Positions 8,190 to 16,020 of a stretch of DNA of 24,896 bases are shown here, in pieces. How positions within the stretch are numbered: position 1 is the stretch's first letter; each line of letters begins with the position of its first letter. The position numbers and the translations under genes are program-made. Source of the stretch: a virus (taxonomy: Duplodnaviria > Caudoviricetes); the IMG/VR virus record IMGVR_UViG_3300032237_000370, positions 1 to 24,896 of that record, one strand, 5' to 3'. The notes under the pieces were generated by a model that was given only the letters and a program-made list of their open reading frames with translations, ran no database searches and had not been told where the DNA came from.

Positions 8190-9722
8190 TTAGAGGCTGG
8201 AAACTGCGTTAGAGCCACCAGTCCACTGACTGACGGTGATTACAATGAATTCTGCAGGGTACTGCAGAGCAACGCCAACTTCTACGACTAGCTGACCTTG
8301 TGCCATGGTTTCAGTGGTGTTGTTTGAGCTGTTACAGATTACGTAATATGCTTGCTGGGCGTTGGCACCCTTCAGACCACCTGCTCGCCAGAATTCTGCA
8401 AGAACGCTGGAGCAACGCATTGTTACGTTGGCCCACAGGGTTTCGTTGTTGGGTTCAAATACTGCGTAGGCCGTAGCGTCCTTCAATGATTGCTTCACGT
8501 AGTTCAAAGAACGACGAATTGGGATGTACTTACCTGGCGTTGATTTATCAAGGGTACGGGTGCCGTTGATGACAATGCCACCACCAGGCACCGCCTTGAA
8601 GGTGTTGATGTTGTAGGTGTCGTACAGGGTTGATACGTCAGTAGTGGTGAACGGGGCGCTCAAACCAAAAGCGTTACGAACGTCCATAGCGTACCCAGCG
8701 GGGGCCTTGGCAACAGTCCTAGCGATTTCGGAGCGGATGTAGCAGCCTGCTACAGCACCACCTGGAGGAGTGTCACGGATTGCGCCAGCGCCGGTCTTAG
8801 TGGGGTCAACCATCTTAAGTTGTGGGTAGTAGACGGCACCGTATGATGCGGTTGACCCAGTTGGGTAGCTGTTAACCACGGTGGTTCCAATGGTTGATAC
8901 CGAGGTATCTGCGGTTGGGTCGATGATTACAAAAGAGTTGCCACGGTCGTAAGCCTTCTGCAGAAGGGCGGTTACGGTAGCGGTGTTTGTAATACCTGGG
9001 GCGTTCATCAACAGGGCACCGTCAATAACGTCAAGTTTGCTCAGCGCTGATACATAATCGCTGGATGCGACAGCGGAACCGTCAGTACCACCAGCTAGTG
9101 TGAACGGGTTAGTGTTGAACGCCCACGTAGCTGACGCTGATTGAGCACCCGCTGAAACGGTGAGAGTGATGTACTTGCTGTACTGGTTTACTATCGTTTG
9201 AGCGTAACGGCTGCTCGTTGGGTCAGTTGACAGCTCGTTCCAACGCTCTACTTCGCTGGTTACACCACTAGTGGTTACGCTTACGGTTAGAGAGAACGTT
9301 GGGATGCGAGTTGAGGTAGCCGTAAGGGAACCAGCGGCAACAGTAACCTGCACGGTGTTGCCCCATGTACCAACACTCAGTGCGTTAACTGTGAACAGTG
9401 ATGCGCTTGCGCCGCCCGTAGGGTTATATGCAACGACAGAGGAGGCGCTGGCTGCACCGCTACCTGGCACACGTACGATGTAAGCGTCACGACCACCGTT
9501 AGCAAAGTAGTGGTACAGGCTGTAGCCCATTTCGTAACCGTAGGTGGCGTCACCAAAGGCTGCTTTGTACCCTGCCCATGAGTTGATAAACGTAGCGGTA
9601 ACTGGGCCACGAGGGGCGGTACCAATGAAAGCCGCCGTAGTGGTGTTGTTAGCAGCGTTACGGGTAGAGGTTGCTAGTGGGTTTTCGGTTACGTAAACAC
9701 CGGGTAGCTGATAGGAAGGCAT
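8190..9722 (-). CDS. Contractile tail sheath protein
   Basis: 'PGVYVTE', 'AAFIG...RGP', 'YFANGG', 'KAPAG', 'GTRTL', 'YIPIRR', 'VFEPN', 'PAEFI'. Confidence 0.95.
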   Translation of the reverse strand: MPSYQLPGVYVTENPLATSTRNAANNTTTAAFIGTAPRGPVTATFINSWAGYKAAFGDATYGYEMGYSLYHYFANGGRDAYIVRVPGSGAASASSVVAYNPTGGASASLFTVNALSVGTWGNTVQVTVAAGSLTATSTRIPTFSLTVSVTTSGVTSEVERWNELSTDPTSSRYAQTIVNQYSKYITLTVSAGAQSASATWAFNTNPFTLAGGTDGSAVASSDYVSALSKLDVIDGALLMNAPGITNTATVTALLQKAYDRGNSFVIIDPTADTSVSTIGTTVVNSYPTGSTASYGAVYYPQLKMVDPTKTGAGAIRDTPPGGAVAGCYIRSEIARTVAKAPAGYAMDVRNAFGLSAPFTTTDVSTLYDTYNINTFKAVPGGGIVINGTRTLDKSTPGKYIPIRRSLNYVKQSLKDATAYAVFEPNNETLWANVTMRCSSVLAEFWRAGGLKGANAQQAYYVICNSSNNTTETMAQGQLVVEVGVALQYPAEFIVITVSQWTGGSNAVSSL

Positions 9723-10420
9723 TAAAACTCCTCTGAAAAGGTCGTGTATGGGACGTTAGTTGCCGTGTTGTCTTTGTTTTTTATCTTACGTTTAACTGAA
9801 GTGACCCGAGTTACTGGAACAAGCTCTGAAGTTGTTATTTCAGAGGTGACTTGAATAGTATACACTTTTCTAAATATACGCTTTCGATAACCTGCTTCTT
9901 GGTCAAGCAGGTCTGAGTTAACCCAACCAAGCATTTCAAAGCGCCGCACAGTGTCATCTTCAGGGATGTACAAAGAACCACGACGAAAAGTGGCAAAGCG
10001 TTTGAGCATTGCCACGGATAGTTGGCGGTCGTGGAGGGCGCTGCGGGCGTACGTTGCGATTTGGTACGTCAAGTAAATAGGTGTAAACGACTGCGCAACC
10101 TGGTAGCCCAAACCGTTGGTGTTGCCTGCGTCTAGATCGGCACGAGTTTTCTCTGACGGCCAGTAGTTCAATGATGATGCCGTTTCGGCAGTGCTACTAG
10201 GGTTGTAGAAATACGACTGCTCGGAGTGTTGAAGGTTGCGAGCGTGCGAAATGCCGATGTTTTCGATGGTGATGAATGGGTAAGCCTTTTCAGTTTCCCC
10301 TTCTGGGTACCGGAAAAACACCTTCACAGGACGTGCTGCGTTACGGTCGTCAGTGACAGTCAGGCTGGCAAAGCGCGACTTCACGGCAGCGTCTTCTGCT
10401 AAGAGCAGCCCAGGGTTCAC
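9722..10420 (-). CDS. Tail terminator / tail completion protein
   Basis: 'YPFITIE', 'LTYQIATYAR', 'FRKVYTIQV'; immediately upstream of sheath. Confidence 0.7.
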   Translation of the reverse strand: MNPGLLLAEDAAVKSRFASLTVTDDRNAARPVKVFFRYPEGETEKAYPFITIENIGISHARNLQHSEQSYFYNPSSTAETASSLNYWPSEKTRADLDAGNTNGLGYQVAQSFTPIYLTYQIATYARSALHDRQLSVAMLKRFATFRRGSLYIPEDDTVRRFEMLGWVNSDLLDQEAGYRKRIFRKVYTIQVTSEITTSELVPVTRVTSVKRKIKNKDNTATNVPYTTFSEEF

Positions 10421-10791
10421 AGCAACCTCCGAGTTACACCAGCGTTGATCTCAGTTGCAAGCTCGTTATGCGCATTGAGCGCAGCCATACGTAACGCAGG
10501 CTGCGGGACTACGCCGTACTCCAATGCGTGGGCTTTCTCACTGTGCTCAGGTGGTACACCGAGCGACAAGCTGAGGTCGTGATCGTTAGATGTTACTTTG
10601 ATGTTGTTAGCAAAGGAACCCCACATCGTGGCGCTCTGTTCGCGCACTTGTGCTTGGTATTTCTTTGCCGCATCTTCTAGAGCTTCTCTAAAGGCAGCTA
10701 TTGTCTTGTTCCCAAAGTCTTCATAGAACGATACGACTTGTGGAACGCCAGAAATAATAGAACTAGAGCTTGTTGAATTATGAGTCCCCAT
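10417..10791 (-). CDS. Putative neck/tail completion protein (HK97 gp10-like)
   Basis: 'ALEYG...PQPALR' motif and neck-module position. Start moved to ATG 10791 after GGAGG (124 aa). Confidence 0.5.
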   Translation of the reverse strand: MGTHNSTSSSSIISGVPQVVSFYEDFGNKTIAAFREALEDAAKKYQAQVREQSATMWGSFANNIKVTSNDHDLSLSLGVPPEHSEKAHALEYGVVPQPALRMAALNAHNELATEINAGVTRRLL

Positions 10792-10817
10792 GGACCCCTC
10801 CAGTTCTAGGCGTTTGT

Positions 10818-10841
10818 TACCAATGGCGCACGCCATTGGTA
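10818..10841. repeat. Perfect intergenic inverted repeat (10-bp stem, 4-nt loop)
   Basis: taccaatggc-gcac-gccattggta; no U-tract on the minus strand. Confidence 0.8.
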
Positions 10842-10849
10842 TCTATATA

Positions 10850-11389
10850 TTACCCTAATGTAGGAAGTGTTGTAGGCCATGGGGGGCTAGCAATGGACAA
10901 GTTGCTTGGCCCTGGGTCATTTAGCATTTCTTGATCTACATATATTTCTGTACCGTCTACAAGAATGAACACCTCATCTCGTAGGCGACCACGAACTCGG
11001 TAGTTGTAGACTGAGTAGTACCTGCCGTCGTATAGGAAGATGTCGTTGAGGTGCGTGCGGTACTCTTCTGGCTGCGATATTCCTGCTTCACGCACATCCC
11101 TAAACGGGATGAAGAGGTTGACAGTTTGCACGGTTTGGCGACCTTCAGGAATTGACCTGCGTTGGTCTTCGTTCTCTGCTGCTAGTAGACAGGGTAAGAC
11201 CACACCTGTTCGGTAGCTACGCCCACCAGTTGATGGGGCACCTTCGTCGTACACGTCGTCATACAAACTGCCAGCAGCAGAGGTGGCTGCAAGAGGTATG
11301 AACTCATACCAAACCACAGTTTCACCAGCCATTTTGAAGTGGCCCTGAAAGTGCTTATTGATTAGGTCCAGTTCTCTACGGATATCCAT
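10850..11389 (-). CDS. Head closure / head-to-tail stopper protein
   Basis: 179 aa; 'YDDVYDEG', 'DIFLYDGRYYSV'; follows the adaptor; RBS AAGGAG. Confidence 0.65.
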   Translation of the reverse strand: MDIRRELDLINKHFQGHFKMAGETVVWYEFIPLAATSAAGSLYDDVYDEGAPSTGGRSYRTGVVLPCLLAAENEDQRRSIPEGRQTVQTVNLFIPFRDVREAGISQPEEYRTHLNDIFLYDGRYYSVYNYRVRGRLRDEVFILVDGTEIYVDQEMLNDPGPSNLSIASPPWPTTLPTLG

Positions 11390-11398
11390 ATGATCTCC

Positions 11399-12202
11399 TT
11401 AGAAGAAGGAACTGGGATTAAAACCACCAGAGCGAGGCATACCGTCAATGTACACATCTGTACGTAGGTCGTCTTCGTGTTGGGTGATAGGCAGGGTGCC
11501 GTCGTCAATTGGGACAAACACTTCATCCATTGGGCCGTAGTCACCAAGTTCCTTGGGTTTGTAGATAGGCACAAGGCGGTTTGTCGTCCTACTGACACGC
11601 CGCAGAGTGAATATCTCCATACGCTCTAGGCCGATGTTTAGAGCAGTGGCGGCTCGGTGGTATTCCGACTCCCATTGGCTGAGCAAGGATTGCACCATGC
11701 GAAAACGTTGTGACGCTGGGATGTGCACTGACTCAGATGTAATCACGTCGATATCACGACTGTATTCGGTCATCAACGACCAAAGCGCTTCGACAACCGC
11801 TGCCATACCTATGACGTTTATAACTACGTCAGAAAGGGTTTCTAATGGTGAGTTGAGCGTGCTTGTATGTTTGCTCACTGCGATGTTTGAGAAGAACAGA
11901 AGGTCATCTGGGGTCAGCCACTCGTAGTAGTACCCTTCCACCATGATGGTGTTCGTTGTCGGTGGCGTCGTCTTGAGGCGTAATATACCGTTACGTTCGT
12001 CTAGGGAAAAGTCAGATGTGCTCAAAGCTGATGCTGAGCCACTACCAGGTGTGTACCTAGCAACATAGAGAGCGTATGTGTCAACGTTGGTGTGGCCAAG
12101 CTGGTAGGTGCGCCCAACCGCAGGAAAGGTGCCCTGAAAGAACCGTGGGAAGTCACGCAAGTAGTTGCGTGCAATTTCAGCTACGTTCGTGACATCAGCC
12201 AT
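11399..12202 (-). CDS. Head-to-tail adaptor protein
   Basis: 267 aa; N-terminal 'ARNYLRD', beta-rich insert 'FSLDERNGILRL', helical C-terminal part; first gene of the neck module. Confidence 0.65.
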   Translation of the reverse strand: MADVTNVAEIARNYLRDFPRFFQGTFPAVGRTYQLGHTNVDTYALYVARYTPGSGSASALSTSDFSLDERNGILRLKTTPPTTNTIMVEGYYYEWLTPDDLLFFSNIAVSKHTSTLNSPLETLSDVVINVIGMAAVVEALWSLMTEYSRDIDVITSESVHIPASQRFRMVQSLLSQWESEYHRAATALNIGLERMEIFTLRRVSRTTNRLVPIYKPKELGDYGPMDEVFVPIDDGTLPITQHEDDLRTDVYIDGMPRSGGFNPSSFF

Positions 12203-12354
12203 CAGTTACCCGTTTCCCCAGACCCAGCGTTATACAAGGTGTCTTGCGCAGGTTCATTTATTGCTGCCTGGGTGTCTCGGTAGCGTTGAGACATGACCAT
12301 ACGCCGCACTACGGCGGTATCAGCGGAATCAGGATGATCTGTGATGTTGGTCAT
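12202..12354 (-). CDS. Small hypothetical protein (50 aa)
   Basis: MTNITDHPDS...GETGN; GAGG upstream of ATG 12354; stop overlaps the next start (TGATG). Confidence 0.6.
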   Translation of the reverse strand: MTNITDHPDSADTAVVRRMVMSQRYRDTQAAINEPAQDTLYNAGSGETGN

Positions 12355-12367
12355 ATGTAAGGTAACC

Positions 12368-13735
12368 TCACGCGTACCGGATGAAGAACCTGACCAGCTT
12401 TGTAGCTGGTTGGATTGACAACGGCGTACCACTGCCGGTGCTGTCAGTGGAACCACTGAGAACGTGCTGGTGGCTACCAGCTAGGTCAGTTGGGTTCGTG
12501 TAGTTATCTACTGATATTGGGTGGCTGTGGCCACCCCCAGAAGCATTGGTGGTGCCACTAAATGTGTGCTGGTGCGCAACGTTGTTGTTCGGTGACTGAA
12601 TTGATGAAATGGTGTTGCTCGTGGCGTACCCAGGTGCACTACCGGTGGTAGTGATGAGGTTTTGGTTAGTCTGCGCCGTGGTAGGGTCGGTTGTACCACT
12701 GAATGTGTGTTGGTGATCCGTGTTCGCTTGCCCGGTCGTAGCAGTGTGCTTATGGGTCATCCCGTGTTGGTGGTTATCAACTGTTACCGCTGTACCTGCG
12801 CCGCTCAACGTGTGGCTGTGCTGAGGGAGGTTTGCAGTACCAATGGTAACGGTGTTGCTACCGTAGGAAGCGTTTATAGTACCACCAACTGCTGGCTTGC
12901 CTGCTAGGTAGAACCCTCGGTAATCAGGTAACCCAAAGGTGCTGCTACCATCACCAGCTCCATAGGTAGTTTGGTACACCGAGAATAGTTGGGCGTATGT
13001 AGTGCGGCTTTCGTTAGTCCCCTTAGCCTCTATCCAAACACTTGAGTTGGGGTCGGTATCAAGAGGCCACATCATCAAACTACCGATAGGCACACCTGGG
13101 TCAATAGGGTACTTGGCGAGTTCGTTCCAGGTGTTGTTGTATTTGGCGTAGACACCTGAAGAGGATGCGCCATTACTACGGAAGTACAGATCGCCGTTGC
13201 TACCAAGCGCAGTGTTATCCGGGGCCGTAGTGCCTTGAAGAGAGATGTTCGACTTCAAAGACGCCCGTTTGTCCACGATTCGGGCAGTCGAAAGCAAAGA
13301 CCCACTCCGGTACACCGCTGCAAGTACTACGTCTGTTGCTGGATCAACGTAAACGGTGTCAGTACCTGCGATTGCTCGCACTGCGCTCTTTGGGAAGGTT
13401 GGGTTAGTGGCGCTTTCAGTTCCTGCCAAAGTAGTTACAGAGGCTACCGAGGTGGTGGTGTTTAGCCTGACAATGACCAAATCAAACCTGTTGGTTGTAG
13501 GTGCGGTGGGCATAGCCAGAGCGGTAACAGCACTTACTTGGTAGGCCACATTGTTAATAACCACCGACCCAGCGGAAACGTTTATGGCACCAGCGTATGT
13601 AACTTCGCAACCTGAAAGTACACCAGACGAACGGTTACCTAGGATCTCAAAGTCAAGTGCGTCTGGCTCTGCTTGGTCTAGCGATGCGTATTTACCACTT
13701 GCGTAGTCAGTCGCATTGGGGATGATGAAAGCCAT
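12368..13735 (-). CDS. Fibre protein with tail-collar domain and HxH-repeat tip
   Basis: Collar motif 'VPIGSLMMW...SRTTYAQLF...YGAGDGSSTFGLPDYRG', seven HxH motifs, C-terminal 'IQP...VRFFIRY'. Confidence 0.85.
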   Translation of the reverse strand: MAFIIPNATDYASGKYASLDQAEPDALDFEILGNRSSGVLSGCEVTYAGAINVSAGSVVINNVAYQVSAVTALAMPTAPTTNRFDLVIVRLNTTTSVASVTTLAGTESATNPTFPKSAVRAIAGTDTVYVDPATDVVLAAVYRSGSLLSTARIVDKRASLKSNISLQGTTAPDNTALGSNGDLYFRSNGASSSGVYAKYNNTWNELAKYPIDPGVPIGSLMMWPLDTDPNSSVWIEAKGTNESRTTYAQLFSVYQTTYGAGDGSSTFGLPDYRGFYLAGKPAVGGTINASYGSNTVTIGTANLPQHSHTLSGAGTAVTVDNHQHGMTHKHTATTGQANTDHQHTFSGTTDPTTAQTNQNLITTTGSAPGYATSNTISSIQSPNNNVAHQHTFSGTTNASGGGHSHPISVDNYTNPTDLAGSHQHVLSGSTDSTGSGTPLSIQPATKLVRFFIRYA

Positions 13736-13747
13736 AGTTGTTACCTC

Positions 13748-13984
13748 TTAGAGGGTGTCATAGATACAAGAACGAGCTTTCAGGTAGTTAAAGAGGTCAA
13801 TCGGAATGCGAAAACGCTTACCGTCTTCAAACTCAAAGACCTCAGCACCCCAGTACATGGTCCAAGTGCCCTTGATACGGGCAGTCTTCAGATCATGTGT
13901 AACAACGCTTTCTGCAACTTCTTCGATGTTGTCTGAATCATCTTCAAATTCAGCAAATTCTACGTTCTGCTTCTTCAGTGCCAT
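13748..13984 (-). CDS. Small acidic protein downstream of the capsid gene (possible head accessory protein)
   Basis: 78 aa, strong RBS AAGGAG. Confidence 0.7.
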   Translation of the reverse strand: MALKKQNVEFAEFEDDSDNIEEVAESVVTHDLKTARIKGTWTMYWGAEVFEFEDGKRFRIPIDLFNYLKARSCIYDTL

Positions 13985-14015
13985 GGTAACTCCTTGTTTT
14001 GTGTTACTTAATGCT

Positions 14016-14058
14016 AACAGAAAATAAGGGGGAGTGGGCGTGTACCCACTCCCCCTTA
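14016..14058 (-). terminator. Intrinsic terminator after the major capsid gene
   Basis: 14-bp perfect stem (14025-14038 with 14045-14058), 6-nt loop, followed on the minus strand by TTTTCTGTT. Confidence 0.9.
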
Positions 14059-14077
14059 CTAACTCTGTTGGGGGCTA

Positions 14078-15160
14078 TCAGGAGATAGCGCCACCGATGG
14101 TGTTGAGGATGACACGGCTTTCGTGGGTGATCACACCGAAGCCCCAGATTGCGTACCATGCCAGGCCGTGCTCACGACCGAAGTCGATCACGCCGCCGTC
14201 ACGGAGTTCTACTGGAAGGCTGATGGCGTGGCCGAAGGCGTTGTCACCAATCATGATTGCTGAGTATGAACTGGCAATAGGTGCCTGGTTACCAGCGGTT
14301 ACCGAGTCAAGGTCAGCAGGGGTGCTGAGGCCCTTGGCAACCTGAGTGGTTTCCACGAACACTACGTCGTTGATACGACCAATTTCACCAAGCATGAAGT
14401 TACCGGGGGCGGCGTACTTCGTGACTTCGATGAACTCGGGCCAGTCACGGAGTGAGCGTGACTGTGATGGGTGGACGAAGCACACGTAGGTGTCGCCCAG
14501 ACGTGGGATGTTCTGACCTGCGAGCACTTCAACAGCGTCCTTGATGCTTGCGGGTGCAAGGTAACCAGGAGCGCTGGCAGCGCCGAGGGTGCCTGGATCG
14601 TAGGGGCTGATTGCACCACGGGTACCGGCAACCTTACGACCGAACACTACGTTCGGGGCTACGTTGGTGGTACCGGCGAAGGTGGTGCCGTTGGCGTACA
14701 GGGTGTTACGGGCCTGGATGTCCATGCTCTGGGCCATGTGACGACCAAGAAGGCGGCTGGCTGAAGCCATAACGTCATCGAATGATGCGTTGAGCAACAG
14801 TTCGGTGACGGCGACTGCCTGGCCTTGTTCCTTCACGGTGATTGAAATCTGGCTAGCAGACAGGGCCACAGGGTCCATACGGGTACCTTCAGTGAGGGTT
14901 GCACCGTTGGTCTGATCAACTGCAAGGTTGTTATAACGCATGAAGTTGATGGTAAGGCCGGGCATAACGCCAAGCTCGGTCTTCTTAACGGCGAACTGCT
15001 CAAAGCGCAGTACGGGCATGGCCTGGAAAAGGATTTCCTTTGACCAAATAGTCTGAATAGCTTGTGTTAGTTGACTGTTAGTGCCGGTGTAGGTAGAAGT
15101 GGTGCTACCTAGACTGCCGGTACCGGTGATTGCGCCACCGGCTGGTGCGGGAAGTGCCAT
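14078..15160 (-). CDS. Major capsid protein, N4-gp56 family
   Basis: 360 aa; 'LTEG', 'YVCFVHP', 'GEIGRINDVVFVET', 'DFGREHGLAWY'; RBS GGAGG; follows scaffold. Confidence 0.93.
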   Translation of the reverse strand: MALPAPAGGAITGTGSLGSTTSTYTGTNSQLTQAIQTIWSKEILFQAMPVLRFEQFAVKKTELGVMPGLTINFMRYNNLAVDQTNGATLTEGTRMDPVALSASQISITVKEQGQAVAVTELLLNASFDDVMASASRLLGRHMAQSMDIQARNTLYANGTTFAGTTNVAPNVVFGRKVAGTRGAISPYDPGTLGAASAPGYLAPASIKDAVEVLAGQNIPRLGDTYVCFVHPSQSRSLRDWPEFIEVTKYAAPGNFMLGEIGRINDVVFVETTQVAKGLSTPADLDSVTAGNQAPIASSYSAIMIGDNAFGHAISLPVELRDGGVIDFGREHGLAWYAIWGFGVITHESRVILNTIGGAIS

Positions 15161-15194
15161 TAGATATCCTCCGAGGATAAGTTAGTTTTGTGGA

Positions 15195-15968
15195 TTAGAA
15201 GCGACCACGTTGTGATCGCACTTTTAGTAAACGGTCCCGCATTTGTTTGTACTGATCCATCGGCATGTTGCGGATATCCTCCGCTGAGAACGTCTGATAC
15301 TCCATCTGATCATCCATAGGTCCAATGGGAGGAGCCGTAACCGGTGCCCCCCGCAGGCGACCCGGTTGGGAAGCTTGCTGGATAGACTCAATAATAGCAT
15401 TACTGCGCTCACGAAGTGTAGAAATTGAATTTTCGATATCTTCTTCGTTATTGCCTGAAACAAAATCACGAAGTTCAGGAATGATGTTGTCTGTCTCTTC
15501 TGACATACGGCGAAGACGGTATGACTCAAGCGCCTGCATGTAGCGTTCTTTTTCAAGTAGCGCCTCTTGAGCCTGGCGGTCCTGTTCCATCTTCTGGAAC
15601 TTCTCTTGCCACTCTTGCTCAACTTGGTTGATGCGGGTCTTGAACTCTTCTTCGGTGCGAGCAACAAGCTCTTTTGCTGAAAGTTCCTCTAACTCACGCT
15701 GGCGACGAATGTCGGCTTCTGCCTTAGTTCGCTCTTCTGCTTGCTTGATGGCTGCTTCACGCTCTGCTGCAAGAACAGCAAGCTGATCTTCCATCGCCTT
15801 TGCGCGTACATCAGCGTCCTCAATGCGCTTGTACAGCTTTTCCTTTTCCTGCTGACGGGCCTTTACGATGTCTTCTTCAGTGAAGACTCGGCCTGGCTGT
15901 TCCACAGGGGCGGGACGTTCTGATGGCTCAACGGGGATAACAATACCGTCATCGTTAAACTTTGACAT
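15195..15968 (-). CDS. Capsid scaffolding protein
   Basis: Highly charged coiled coil ('FTEEDIVKARQQEKEKLY') with C-terminal 'AEDIRNMPMDQYKQMRDRLL'; between portal and capsid. Confidence 0.85.
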   Translation of the reverse strand: MSKFNDDGIVIPVEPSERPAPVEQPGRVFTEEDIVKARQQEKEKLYKRIEDADVRAKAMEDQLAVLAAEREAAIKQAEERTKAEADIRRQRELEELSAKELVARTEEEFKTRINQVEQEWQEKFQKMEQDRQAQEALLEKERYMQALESYRLRRMSEETDNIIPELRDFVSGNNEEDIENSISTLRERSNAIIESIQQASQPGRLRGAPVTAPPIGPMDDQMEYQTFSAEDIRNMPMDQYKQMRDRLLKVRSQRGRF

Positions 15969-16020
15969 GATTTCTCCTAAGTGTAGTTGTTCGTGTACTG
16001 GCGTTTATTGGAGTCTTTTT

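Noticed and set aside
481-10420. Standalone eCIS or tailocin locus
   Set aside because: Intact terminase, portal, scaffold and capsid genes show it is a phage.
12545-12720. Duplicated HQHTFSGTT coding segment as a possible DGR template/variable repeat
   Set aside because: Short, differences are synonymous rather than adenine-specific, and no reverse transcriptase is in the window.
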